A DNA stretch of 64,000 nt from assembly GCA_012295275.1 (NCBI GenBank), contig CM022677.1, forward strand, positions 3,658,001 to 3,722,000, in the 5' to 3' direction. The stretch is from Chrysomallon squamiferum. Taxonomy: Eukaryota > Animalia > Mollusca. Shown piece by piece: positions 15,849 through 29,455 of the stretch. Under the pieces are notes generated by a model that did not search any database, had not been told where the DNA came from, and saw only the letters and a program-made list of their open reading frames with translations. Positions within the stretch are counted from its first letter, which is position 1. Every line of letters begins with the position of its first letter. The position numbers and the translations under genes were made by a program.

Positions 15849-16266
15849 TTAAAAATAATATTCCTTCAATTTCTGTTTACTGTAATCGTTTCGCAATATG
15901 ACATTTGTCACTTGGATGCTGAATTTAGAAAATAGAACGAGTTTTCGTCAAACTTCTACTGCTTAAAGTTGTCTGCAGAGTATTTTATGTTAAACTTCGA
16001 AGTTTCCTTCTCTCTAAACGCGTCCTAAACATGGATATTTACAGATATTTGTAAGTAAAGTTTATCACAATATATTCATTAGTTTTCTTTCAATGTTAAG
16101 TTATTGATACAGGATGAAAGTGCCATGTCAGGACTTTATAAAAAGTTGAACTATAATTAATTTTCACCAGTCATATTGGAAAGTAATAAAAACAATATTT
16201 TAATAGGGGAAAAAAAAAAACAAAACAATAATAATACTTATTAAAAAAAAAAAAAAAAAAAAAAAC

Positions 16267-16297
<31 letters not shown>

Positions 16298-16334
16298 CAA
16301 TAAAAAAAAATAATACAAGGCAGTCGGTCTGCAA

Positions 16335-16828
16335 GTGGCAGTTTAAATACAGTTTCATCTATTTTTATTTCAGATTGGTATTGAAACAAGTGGCAGTTTA
16401 AATACAGTTTCATCTGTCTGTATTTCAGATTGGTATTGAAACAGGTGGCAGTTTAAATACAGTTTCATCTCTCTTTATTTCAGATTGGTATTGAAACAAG
16501 TGGCAGTTTAAATACAGTTTCATCTGTCTGTATTTCAGATTGGTATTGAAACAGGTGGCAGTTTAAATACAGTTTCATCTCTCTTTATTTCAGACTGGTA
16601 TTGAAACAAGTGGCAGTTTAAATACAGTTTCATCTATCTTTATTTCAGACTGGTATTGAAACAAGTGGCAGTTTAAATACAGTTTCATCTATCTTTATTT
16701 CAGACTGGTATTGAAACAAGTGGCAGTTTAAATACCGTTTCATCTATCTTTATTTCAGACTGGTATTGAAACAAGTGGCAGTTTAAATACCGTTTCATCT
16801 ATCTTTATTTCAGATTGGTATTGAAACA
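16335..16828 (+). repeat. 55-bp tandem repeat x9, each unit carrying a splice acceptor TTTCAG|A(T/C)TGGTATTGAAACA
   Basis: gtggca at 16335, 16390 ... 16775; the last unit runs into the exon containing the main ATG. Confidence 0.9.
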
Positions 16829-16870
16829 GCTGGGTGTTTAGAAGGACTTCATTAACCTTTCAGAAGAAAA

Positions 16871-18208
16871 ATGCGAAGGAATTTGTGTTTAGATAGTGAT
16901 TCAATGTCAAACCTGCAGCATGGTGACAAGACAGCTTGTAAGAAGAGAAAAGACGATGTATTGTGTACAGACAGATGTTCATCTAGTCAGGTTTGTGCTG
17001 TGGACAATGATCCACATGACAACACAGACAATCAGCTCGATGAAATGAAAAAAGATAAAACTGGTAAAACAGGCTCACAGATACAAAGTGGTAAAAAGAA
17101 AACAAAGTCGAGTTCTTGTTCAGAACTGGAGGTGGCATCAATGAACTGCATGGCAGATGTTAGAGATGCTGATTTTGACAAATCTGTGAATTCTCTTGTC
17201 ACAGGAGTCACTCGAATGAAACTGGATAATGTTAGTACTTGCAAAGCTGAAGGTAAATCTCAGAGAGCGGCTGCTCAAGTGACAGACGTCAGTGACATCC
17301 TCTCAGTTAGAAGAAAGCGCAAGAAGGGCAGACACTCAGCTGAAAAGCAGAGGAAAAGACGACGTCAAAAAACTAAGTTGTCCGATTCATCGACCAAGTC
17401 TGCTGATGGTTGTGATATTGACAACAAAAATTCTCAGTCCTGCTGCAAAGCATCATCAAAGTGCCAAAACGAATGTTGTAAAACACAGTTTGGAAGCAGC
17501 ACCATAGATACCATCTTAGGATTACATTCCACACCCAGCAACTGGACTGACTGTTTTGGTGAAGATGACAGCTGTGAGTTCAGTCACACAGATACCACCT
17601 TAGGATTACATTCCACACCTAGCTACTGGAGTAACCGTTTTAGTGAAGATGACAGCTGTGAGTTCAGTCACACAGATACCACCTTAGGATTACATTCCAC
17701 GCCTAGCTACTGGAGTAACCGTTTTAGTGAAGATGACAGCTGGGAGTTCAGTGACGTAGATATCATTTTAGGATTATATTCGTCACCTAGCAACTGGACT
17801 GACAGTTTTAGTGAAGATGACAGCTGGGAGTTCAGTGACGTAGAAGCAACCGCCCCTCAGTACAGTCTTAACCACACCCCAGTGTCACCTGGGTCTCCTA
17901 GCAGCAGCAGGCCTAGCATTGACGCAGTCAACTTGGCCTGGAATCAACAGACAACTACACGTGCTGCAGCTCAGTCTCGCAGTAAACAGTGCAAGAAGGT
18001 ACGTTTCAGTGAAGACAAACTTGTCACTGTACACCCTATGATTGTGTGGCGTTACGCATACCAGTCCAGCAGAAAAGGGCCATGGCAACAATTTGCCAGA
18101 GACAGAATGCGTTTCAGACGAAGAATAAAGGAAAGTGAAAAAACTTTAGCTCCTATTCTTGATGCAAACCACAGAGCTAGTGTCTACAAACGTTACCACT
18201 CAGTCTAA
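16871..18208 (+). CDS. PPP1R15: Protein phosphatase 1 regulatory subunit 15 (GADD34/CReP/ICP34.5-like), 445 aa
   Basis: C-terminal KKVRF (RVxF PP1-binding) followed by W...RKGPWQQFARDRMRFRRRI...LAPIL...HR, the eIF2alpha-binding module of GADD34/CReP/viral homologues; upstream acidic Ser-rich repeats; uninterrupted ORF. Confidence 0.92.
   Translation: MRRNLCLDSDSMSNLQHGDKTACKKRKDDVLCTDRCSSSQVCAVDNDPHDNTDNQLDEMKKDKTGKTGSQIQSGKKKTKSSSCSELEVASMNCMADVRDADFDKSVNSLVTGVTRMKLDNVSTCKAEGKSQRAAAQVTDVSDILSVRRKRKKGRHSAEKQRKRRRQKTKLSDSSTKSADGCDIDNKNSQSCCKASSKCQNECCKTQFGSSTIDTILGLHSTPSNWTDCFGEDDSCEFSHTDTTLGLHSTPSYWSNRFSEDDSCEFSHTDTTLGLHSTPSYWSNRFSEDDSWEFSDVDIILGLYSSPSNWTDSFSEDDSWEFSDVEATAPQYSLNHTPVSPGSPSSSRPSIDAVNLAWNQQTTTRAAAQSRSKQCKKVRFSEDKLVTVHPMIVWRYAYQSSRKGPWQQFARDRMRFRRRIKESEKTLAPILDANHRASVYKRYHSV
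17507..17842 (+). repeat. Four 84-bp (28-aa) coding repeats in the PPP1R15-like ORF
   Basis: DTxLGLHSTPSxWxxxFSEDDSxEFSxx x4. Confidence 0.9.
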
Positions 18209-18259
18209 ACTCTACATATGTTACTGATATTTTTGTCTCTTTGTATTTTGAAAATGTAC

Positions 18260-18475
18260 CTTTGTTTGCGTTATTACTTTGCATGATTACTTTGTTTGCA
18301 TTATTACTTTGCATGATTACTTTGTTTGCATTATTACTATGTTTGCATTATTTGTTGCATGATTACTTTGTTTGCATTATTACTATGTATGATTACTTTG
18401 TTTGCATGATTACTTTGCGTGATTACTTTGTTTGCATGATTACTTTGTTTGCATGATTACTTTGTTTGCATTATT
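18260..18475 (+). repeat. ~17-bp repeat in the putative 3'UTR with multiple TGCATG
   Basis: tactttgtttgcatgat units just after the stop codon. Confidence 0.8.
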
Positions 18476-19301
18476 ATCGGTACGACGGCAATGACTTTGG
18501 CAATAATAGAAATAATAATAGTAATATATTTTGAAATGTTCACATTAAGAAAGCAGTTGTTAATAAAGAGCTCTAAACAGCAATGAGAAGTTCATTTATA
18601 ACATCAAAAACAACTCCGTTACGACGGCTCAGAGAATTAATACAAATAATAAAATATTTTAATATAGCGTGCGAACTGTAAGAAATGAGGAAACAATAAA
18701 ATGAGCGAAAGATTAATGAGAATAACAATAGAAATAATAATATATTCTGAAACGGGAACTGCATACTAAGAAAGTAAGAATAATAGTTAATAAAAAGCTC
18801 TAAACAACGATGAGAAATACTCGAAGAACGTTAGGAACAACGCCGTTACGACGGCAATTACTGAGTGAATTAACAGAAATGGTAATAATATGTTTTAATA
18901 TAGATTGCGCACTGTCAGAAAGTAAGAATAATAGTTACTAAAACGTGAAAAAGAATAATAAGAAGTACATCAAATCGTCAAGAACAACGCAGATACGACA
19001 ACAACGTCGCCAACATTAACAGTAATGATAAAAATATATTTTCATTCAGGATACGCACGCTCATTAATAAGAGTAAAAGTTAATAAATGGCGAAAGAGAA
19101 AACCGAGAAGTACACGAACAACAACGTTAGGAGTCACGTCTTTACGACGACAGCTACGGAGACACAAGTACTAACAATATATTTTAATATAGGGTGAGAT
19201 TAACAGAATCACATATTGTGAAATAGCACGTGACACTACGGAGACAGAAATACAGAATGCACACACTAATAACATGTTGTTATTATTATTATTATTATTA
19301 T

Positions 19302-19348
<47 letters not shown>

Positions 19349-19424
19349 ATAGTAATAATACATTGTAATACAGAATGCATCCACTAATAAAATGTTGGAC
19401 ATTCATTTCAAATGTTATTATTAA

Positions 19425-19486
<62 letters not shown>

Positions 19487-20402
19487 TGCTAGATGTATTT
19501 ATTTTCACGTTTAACATAATCTTTACAGGGACCATTATCATCATTTATTACTATTATTAAAATGCTCTTATAATTCAAAACAAAAAAGGTTTAATGATGA
19601 TTAATAATCTAAAGATAATTAATTACTATCTCTATAATCTCCACATTCTTCAAAAACAGTAAAAAAGTTAATTTTTGAGAAATAGGAAATGTTTTCGAGT
19701 TTTATTTTACAGCAAATAATATATTTAAGTAAAAATTGCCTACAAAGTTTATTTCTGATGCAAGGGGAGTAACTATTGTAAGATTCTTAGTCTGTATTCT
19801 CAGAGTTATTTCTCATATAACAGCATAATATCAAGACAGAAATATCAAAATAGAAATGTCTACATCTGTTAAAGTGTTCTGTCAAGCTGTCATGTATTTT
19901 GTGCAACAGCACAATGGAATCATCTTCAGTTTGAGAGTTCAAAGCTCAGTAAAGCCTTTCTCTTCCAGATGTCTCAGTGTGTTTACCTCAAAAAAGAAAA
20001 TATTTGAATTGAGCAGTTTGAAACATCCTCTTCATGTGGATTGTTATGTAGATAGCTGTCAGTTCTCTTTCTCGTGTCACAAATGAACTCGACAAACAAG
20101 ATGCTGCTGTGTAGCTATATGAGTGTATGAATGTGTTTGTATAAACTGACCAAACAATAATAATGATAACAATAATAATGATAATAATAAATAATATAAT
20201 AATAATGATAAAAATAATTTTCAAAAATAAATAAATAAACATAATAATAAAAATAACAACAAAATACATTTACCAGATAACATATCTGTAATTTAAATTT
20301 AAAAATAAAATAAAATACTTTAGAAATTTTATTACTAAAAAAATAATCTCTTATTTCAACAAGAATGAGTTAATAATGGATTCTTTTTACACCTCAATAT
20401 AA

Positions 20403-20597
<195 letters not shown>

Positions 20598-21091
20598 TTA
20601 GTTTTTTCCTCCAAGCCACAGTTCCGCCTATGTGCCCCTCTTATGTGAATCTTGTGAACTGGTCTCGTTTTCAAACTAACTTGTACGTGCACAATAAAAA
20701 AATAAACAAGATCTCTGACACCCACATTGAAAACACGTGTTTATAGATATCCATTGAGGTATCCACTTTCATATATACTCACGTTTTTGAAACATCAAAT
20801 CTGGTGTTGTTATTTTTATTTTATTTTTTTGTTTGTTTATCTTAGCAATTTTCGTTCCGGCGGTTGTTTCGTTGATTTTATTTTTGTTATGTCTTTGTTT
20901 GGTGTGACTGTGTGTGTGTGTTGTGTGTATGTGTTTTGTGTGTGTGTCATTATTTCATATAAATATATATGAAATAATGACAGAATAATTTTATAATATA
21001 AATATTTTATTGCAGTTTTGTTTGATTACACTGGAGAATGTACAAGTATATTTTAAATATGACACATTCTTTGAAATAAACTACAAAATAT

Positions 21092-21204
<113 letters not shown>

Positions 21205-21419
21205 AAACTGGGTGAAAATTCTAAAAGAAAATCAGATTTGTTTTATATATATATACATATACAAGTAAAAATATTCTGAAATTATATCACAGGCAAGTAA
21301 TTATAATATAAAAAATTCAAGTTAAAATAAACATCACTTACACATAATAGACAACGTTGTTGCTATATTTAGAAATAGGTAAAAAAACTAATAATGAAGT
21401 AAACCATATGGATAGTCAT

Positions 21420-21505
21420 AGGTTAGGTTCAGGGTCAGGGTCAGGGTCAGGGTCAGGGTCAGAGTCAGGGTCAGGTTAGGGTTAGGGTTAAGGTTAGGGT
21501 TAGGG
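21420..21505 (+). repeat. Interstitial telomere-like (TCAGGG/TTAGGG)n tract
   Basis: agggtcagggtc...ggttagggttaaggttagggttaggg. Confidence 0.85.
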
Positions 21506-22415
21506 CGCGCACCTTTTTCACACGTAGAAATATTTTTCCCGGCACCCGGGCATAGCGCCACACGGGTTTTCAGTTTTTTCAAGTTTAGTTGAAAATGCGA
21601 GGGGTACCTTTTTCAAAGTGGACTAACTTTTTCTCCGCACGTCAGTAAAGAAATACGTGACTATTATTTGAAAAGAAGTACGTGACTTGCTTGAACATAA
21701 GTACGTGACTCTTATTTGTACATACGCATGTCACTATTATTTGTAAAGAAGTTCGTGACTATTACTTGAAAAGAAGTATCTAATGAAGTACGTGACTATT
21801 ACTTAATAATAATAATAATAATAATACATTTAGTAATAATATGGCCAGTTGTATATAAAGAAAAGATGGTTTGCAGAGAAAAATGTATGAAAGGATTATA
21901 TTACATCTATCTATCTATCTATCTATCTCACCCAAGGGAAACAACTCGTTTCTGACACGTGCACAAAAAACGCACATATTTTTAAAATTTGCTCGTTTTT
22001 TTTCACACGCATTTTCAAAAGGTGCAGCACCTTTGGTAAATGTTGGAAACGTTTTTGCCACACTCGCCCCGACGGCGCGCACCTTTAGGACACTTTGAAA
22101 TATTTTTCCCGACCCCCGTCATAGTGCCACACGGATTTTTAGTTTTAGAAATCTGAATTTTTTCAAGTTTCGTTGAAAATGGGAGGGATACCTTTTTCAA
22201 AGTAGAATAACTTTTTCTGCGCACGTGGCAAAAATGTGCCGCCCTGACCGAAAAGTGGGGCAAGGGTGAAAAATGCCGCACACCCCACCCAAGGGGAACA
22301 ACTCGTTTCCCACAAGTGCACAAAAAAACCGCACATATTTTAAAAATTTGCTCGTTTTTTTTTTACACGCATTTTGAAAAGGTACGGCAACTTTTGTAAA
22401 TTTTGGAAACGTTTT
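21505..22415. mobile_element. GC-richer non-autonomous repeat with internally duplicated A-B-A'-B' modules
   Basis: gcgcgcaccttt...tatttttccc at 21505 and ~22076; cccaagggg/aaacaactcg at ~21931 and ~22288. Confidence 0.45.
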
Positions 22416-22421
22416 TTCCTT

Positions 22422-22488
<67 letters not shown>

Positions 22489-22645
22489 AAATAAAGAAGA
22501 AATAAAAAATGAAAAAATAAAAATAATGCGCTGGTAGTATTTGCTGTTGTTGTTGTTCTTATTGTTCTTCTACTCAAAGAAAGAAAGAAAGAAAGCGTCA
22601 TGCGTGTGTGTGTGTGTGTGTGTGTGTCTGTGTGTCTATGGTACT

Positions 22646-22676
<31 letters not shown>

Positions 22677-22728
22677 TAACAATAATAATAATAATAACAA
22701 TAATAATAATAATAACAATAACAATAAC

Positions 22729-22766
<38 letters not shown>

Positions 22767-23749
22767 TAATAATAATAATAACAACAACAATAATAATAAT
22801 AATAATAACAATAACAATAATAATAACAATGATACTAATAATAATAATAACAATAACACAACAATACAGCTGCAACAGTTTTAATGAATTTACCTACAGG
22901 TTTTAAGATGGTACACAAATCAGTAAATCTGGAAATAGCTGCAACACTTTATAAAAACACAACAATAACTTAGCAACTTGGTGTACCTTTTATAGAAACA
23001 GGTCACATCTACTTCACATTAACAACATGGAAAAGATGTCTCATACAACAAATATTACAAGTGTTATTTATCATAAGACACTGACATTAAATATTCAGAT
23101 ACTATTTACCCAAAATAAAAATGATAGTAATAAATTTAAGCAATATCTATTTTCTCAAAACATAAAAAAAAAATTAATTAAAATTATATGAATGATTTAT
23201 CTATGATTTTTTTCTTTTTTTGAAAGGAACAGGTATATTTTTTGTTTTTATAAGAACAGAAATGTGAATCAATATTGTGTCTATATTAGATGTGATATTT
23301 CTGATATATCATTTTGTTTATCTTATTCCTGGTTATATAACAAAAATAAATAAATAAATAAATGATGGTTAACATAAACAAAAATTCACAAAAGCAAATT
23401 TTGTTTAAGTATGAAATATTTTTTCAGATATTTAAATATTTTGAAAGACTACAGAATTGTAATATCCAATTTTATGCATCTGAAAAACTACAACAAAAAG
23501 TGAAAGAATATTTTTTTTTTTTTTTTTTTTTTTAAACTTGGCATTTTCATGGTAAAGATATTAAATTAAGAAAAGAAATAGTATAATTTCAACTGGAGTA
23601 AAAACAAAAACGAAAGAAAAAAGAAGACAAATCATGAATATAATAATTAAAATATAAATATGTATATATATGTATATATTTATATAAATATGTATCGATA
23701 AAACACGTCATTTAGATTTGTAACAAAGACAACGATGTACAGAGTCTTC

Positions 23750-24684
23750 CTAATGCACTTTCTTTGATGTTGTTGTGGTTTCCCAGTCTTCCAGAGAGAA
23801 TTATTAATAACAACTGATAAATGTTTGTTTGATGTCAGTTAAACTTTTAGTCCAAGATTTATATCTGTGAAAAAAATAAAATAATATTAATTAATTTATT
23901 ACATGATAATTAATAAATAAAACAATAACTGATTAGTATTAAATAATTTCTTATGACAGAAACATTCTTAATTTTTTATTTTTTTTTTTTTTTTTTGGCA
24001 TTGACATACTTTAATCTTAAGAGTTCATTTCACTGAAATAATTAATAAATTATCAAAAAAAGAATAAAAGAAGAAAAACGAAAAGAAAAAAAGAAATTGA
24101 AATTAAAGTATAAGACATTATATACTGATACAATTTATTGTTACTGTTGAATCACTGTACTAAAATATATTGATTGACATCTTGTTATAGGTTATATCAT
24201 TGTTTTGACTGATATTTCAATCTTCTTAAAAACACCTACATTTCACTTGCACAGTATAGACATTCACCAAAATTATTTCCAATTTATATTTAAAAGAATT
24301 ATTAGCACATAACTAATTAGTAAAAACATTATTTGCTAAAGCATTTATTTTACATTATATTAATGAGCTGCATGTTGAGGAATGTATAAAGATGAAGACA
24401 GATTTAAAATAACATAAAAATACACTTTCTTATCAAGACTCTGTATTTGAGGTAATATCTAGTATGACAGATATGAAATATGTAATATGTACTTACTTAT
24501 AAAACCTATGAATCATTTTATTGGGTATTTCTTCAGGTCCTACACAACAAATTTTTGTAATTCATTAGTTTCTGCTGTGAAAGAACACAAAGCCTTGTAC
24601 TGAAATCCTCCGTCACAGAACAGAATTACAAAGTGTTTAACATCAGACTCAGCCAGCTCCTAGATAAACAAACAAACAAGCAAA

Positions 24685-24723
<39 letters not shown>

Positions 24724-26374
24724 GTTGATCAATAAAAATATCTTTAAATACACCATAAATCAATAAACATATAAATAATATTGTATTAACATGGCAATAA
24801 TGTATAAAAAGTAAATAAATAAATATAATTACATATTTAAAAGTAACTAAAGTAAAGCTGATTTGTTGTGGAGTAATAACAACAGTATAAAATTAATATC
24901 ATTATTAATGAATAAAATTACACATCTAATCTATAGATATAACTCTCCCACTTCCCCTCTCAGGTATTTCTACAACTTTCTAAAATAAATAACAATTATC
25001 TATCAAGTAGACAGGATCAGAAAGATAATTCTCTTATAAAATCTGAAAAATTTAAGTTGTAATTTGAATAAAATAAAAATAAACAGTAATAACAAACAAT
25101 AATAAAATACTGTAGATTAAAAGGAGTGAGAATAATCCTAAAAAAATATTAATTCAATTAAAAAAATTAAGTATGTCTTTTAAAAACAAACAATAATAAG
25201 AAAATCAAATATAATGAAAGAATAATTCCTACTGCTAAAGTTTAAAGATCAAAGAAAAACAGATTTCAGTTTTTCTGGTCCATTTAATTTAGCAATGGCT
25301 TAATTTGGTTTAGACAATAATAATAATAAGTAGGGATTTAAAAATAAGAAAATTAATAAACAAATGAGTAGGCTTTTTTAACCGAAACATAACCTAAAAA
25401 TAAATATTTAAAATACAATTGAACAGAGAGGATAATTTACAATATTACAGGCCTGTTATAATAACTGATATTATAAATCTAGACGACAACAATAATGATG
25501 ATGATGATGAAGAAATTTAAAATGAAGACATTTTAACTTATTTTTTATTTTAATTTATCTATATAATCAGAACATATGAGATATGTAAAACTAAACCTCA
25601 CAGACTGAGTAAATTAGTGTAAAGTGCTGTCATACTCAGTCTGTTCGAATTTTTTGTGTAGATTACCATGTGATTACTGAAAATAAATTTAAATAAAATA
25701 ATGATAATAATAATGATGATGATGATGATGATGCTGATAATAAAGATAATAATGCTAAAACAAAAAAAACAAAAATCAAGAATTTGTTTAAGTTAAAAAA
25801 AATAAAGTCTAATATAGATGACAGGCTGATGAAAACAGATGTGGATGACTAAATGAAGAAATGATAAACATGCTTTAAACTAATGGATGAAAAAATTGTC
25901 CACTGAGCCAGTCTATCCATCACTACAAACTTAACAAAGTGAATTAAGTGAATACTTACGGAGAAGAGTTTGATTTGTTTAGTTCTTGTTTAGTTTTGTT
26001 GTGTTGCTAATGACTACTACTTGGTGTTTTGTGACATCTGACCTCCCGTTACCATAGTGATATGTTGAATTAAAATTAATATAAATAATAATAAACCCTG
26101 CAATATAAGGTGTCTGTTAAAATAAATCTTTGTAAAAATTCCTTTAATATTAACTTTCTTTATTAGCAGCCTTAAGAAATACCGACTATTATATAAGGAT
26201 ATTTTAAAGCCTGAAATCATCCATTTTAAATAATAAACAAATATTTACCCAGGTAAAAGCATATTCAGTATATACACTAAAACTGAATATTACAAATACC
26301 AATTTTTCATAAATTAATATAATAAAAGATGTAATACAATTTTGCATTTAGAACAAACATTTTTTTTTTAATAA

Positions 26375-26461
<87 letters not shown>

Positions 26462-27671
26462 ATGCAGTGACACTGTGTGAAGGGCTGACAGTTCCAGTCT
26501 TGTAACAGGAAAGTTAAACATTTTAAAATACTGATGAAATATGAAGCTGCTTCTTTTGTTTTATAATATAGAAATAAACATTTACAACAAAATAATCACA
26601 TTTACATAAATATGTATGTGTGTAATGTCTGTGTAAGTGCATGTCCATGTGTTTGCATGATCATTTACTGATAAGTTATCCACAAACTGCAACTTCATAT
26701 ATTAAATTAAATTAAGCTTCATTAGGTTTAGAATAATGAGAAATATGTAAGAAAACAAACAAAAATTCACCTGCTCAGATTTGTTCTCTTTTGCAATGGC
26801 AGCAGTACAAACTTTATTTAACCAGAAAATAACTGTGACCTCAGTGTCTGATGGAAGTTCACTGGATGTGTTAAAAGTTGTAATTCAACTGAAAGTTTTA
26901 AAATTACATGTTCAATAGAGAGGTTTAGCACAGACGTAACTTTCACATACTGATTTTCTTGATATGGGACAAGCCTATATGTATGTGTTTGTGTATAGCA
27001 ATGTTTTGAAACATTATAAAGGGTGAGTCTGGTTTTTATGATTTTCTTTAATTATATTTGGCAATATAAACATTGAACATGTTCAAACCAAATGTACATA
27101 TATTATATGTCCAAATAAATTTGTTCATAAGTTCTAGAGCAGCAGTTACTTCCCTTCTTTAACTTATTACAATACAAGCTTTGTTCTTTACATGGAAACT
27201 AAACTGAAAGTGAGTTATGCACATGTCTCATACTGTAAGTCTGTATGCAATCAGATACATGAACAGATTACATCTATACTAAACCTCACTAATATGCTGA
27301 ATGTAAAGACTGAGGTCTCATACTGTAAGATCAGTATGCAGTCAGATACATGAACAGATTACATCTATGCTAAACCTCACTAATATGCTGAATGTAAGAC
27401 TGAGGTCTCATACTGTAAGATCCATATGCAGTCAGATACATGAACAGATTACATCTATGCTAAACCTCACTAATATGCTGAATGTAAAGACTGAGGTCTC
27501 ATACTGTAAGGTCTATATGCAATCAGATACATGAACAGATTACATCTATGCTAAACCTCACTAATATGCTGAATGTAAAGACTGAGGTCTCATTACGTCA
27601 TATAATAAATTATACAAAATATGCACCCCTACATATCATTCTTCTTTTACCTCTCCCTGTGTCTCTTCATT

Positions 27672-27737
<66 letters not shown>

Positions 27738-28470
27738 CATTCGTACACTTATTTGTTTAAATGCTATCGTCATAATTCTTCTCGTTCTTTTCAGCAATCA
27801 CTTAATATTCAAAGTAGAAGATGAAAGCCTTTAAATACAGCTTGTCATTAACCTCTGAACTGAAACACAATTTATCATACAGTGATACTTTCCAAACCAC
27901 TAACTGAACAAAATAAATAAACTTTAACAATCTCATTTTATCTCATTTTAGTAAAAAAAGGTTTTTATTTTTTATTTAACTTTAGTATTTAATAAACAAA
28001 AATACAAATACAAATATAAAATAAATAAATAAATAAAAACTACAGCTTACCTGATTGCTTGGACAGCATGTTCTGCTGAAACAACTTCATGGGCGTATGC
28101 CAACATCAGCACATCAATTAGAGCAATATGTTCATTCTGAAAAAGTAACAATAAAAAAATAACAATAAAGATAATAAATAAACAGTTGTAAATAAATAAA
28201 TAAATAGTACTTCTGTATAATTAAAATATCAATTTTACTGAGTAATGCACAATCTTTGTAATGATAATAACAAAAATAATTAATATCAGCAAATAAGTGA
28301 TTATCATTACACTGTTTGATAATTAATAAACAATTGTCTCAAAACTTATTTTACTCTCTAAGACAAAAAAAATAAAATAGAAAACTCATGATGTAAACTC
28401 ACTTTCTAGACAGCACCTGACTAAAACTGCAGTGACCTACGTAAAATATTGTCTGAAAAAGAAGATTACC
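23750..28470 (-). pseudogene. CAMSAP: CAMSAP/Patronin-like pseudogene (N-terminal exons 28470-28403, 28136-28051, 26888-26771; CKK exons 24659-24497 and 23864-~23750)
   Basis: GHCSFSQVLSRK; NEHIALIDVLMLAYAHEVVSAEHAVQAIS*ITTFNTSSELPSDTEVTVIFWLNKVC (cf. CAMSAP HMAMIDALMMAY...ELPYDLEDAMVFWINKV); CKK ELAESDVKHFVILFCDGGFQYKAL...GPEEIPNKMIHRFYK|YKSW...KHLSV...LWKT; in-frame TGA and frameshifts. Confidence 0.8.
27225..27592. repeat. ~92-bp tandem repeat x4
   Basis: gtctcatactgtaag...cagatacatgaacagattacatctat...ctaatatgctgaatgtaaagactgag repeated. Confidence 0.85.
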
Positions 28471-28510
28471 CTGCAACACAGTAAGAGATCATCATCATAA
28501 TCATAATAGC

Positions 28511-28558
<48 letters not shown>

Positions 28559-29078
28559 CATGATGATTGTAAAAATTAACAACAATAGTAACCACAACAA
28601 CAACAATAATAGTAGTAGCAGTAGTAGTAGTAATAGTAATAATAATAGTAAAAATAACAATAATAACACAACAATAACTATAATAATAATTTACTTTATA
28701 CATTTTCATCTATTATTGATTATAGTAAGTTTAATATGTTATATATTAATGAGAAAAAGAAGGGATTAATGTTTTATTTAACAACATATATATAGAATTG
28801 TATTTTTGTTTTTGTATTAAACACATACTATGAAGGAATAAGGTAATATATTTTAATTTTATTCTATACATAACTAGCTGAACTGAACTGTAGAAATAAG
28901 CCTTCATGACAGGAAACAAGTCTCTTCACAGATCATTTTCTGATCATTTAGTGTTCTGTTTTTGATGAAATAATTCTAAGGTTTATAAAAAGTAAGATGC
29001 TAGAGATAATTAAAACAAAAGAACAATGGATATAGTAACTTTAATAATTAGAACATAAATCTTGAAAGAATAAGAAAT

Positions 29079-29265
29079 GAACCTGGTGTTCTACAGATGG
29101 AGACATTTGATGATTATTTGGTTTCTACCAGGGTAGACGACGATGCCAGATTTCCTCAAATTTTGTGCAACCATCAACTGACCACTGGTCCTAGAACTAC
29201 GAATAATGTGCAGGGTTTTCATTCCAGAATGAACCGGTCAATTCATCATCTAAACATCATCTAAT
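29079..29265 (+). mobile_element. Mutator/MULE transposase relic
   Basis: FDDYLVSTRVDDDARFPQILCNHQLTTGPRTTNNVQGFHSRMN, matching the MULE C-terminal FP..LWN...RTNN..EGWH motif. Confidence 0.65.
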
Positions 29266-29277
29266 CATAAACACATT

Positions 29278-29455
29278 TATAGAGTTGATAAAAGGAACAG
29301 AAACATCAGAACGTGCTAAACTGAGACAGGTAAACTTATAGAGTTGATAAAAGGAACAGAAACATCAGAACGTGCTAAACTGAGACAGGTAAACTTATAG
29401 AGTTGATAAAAGGAACAGAAACATCAGAACGTGCTAAACTGAGACAGGTAAACTT
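29278..29455. repeat. 59-bp tandem repeat x3
   Basis: tatagagttgataaaaggaacagaaacatcagaacgtgctaaactgagacaggtaaact. Confidence 0.85.

Noticed and set aside
16871-18208. Viral ICP34.5/DP71L gene as proof of an endogenous virus
   Set aside because: The length, acidic repeats and upstream spliced exon fit a cellular PPP1R15; no capsid, polymerase or packaging genes in the window.
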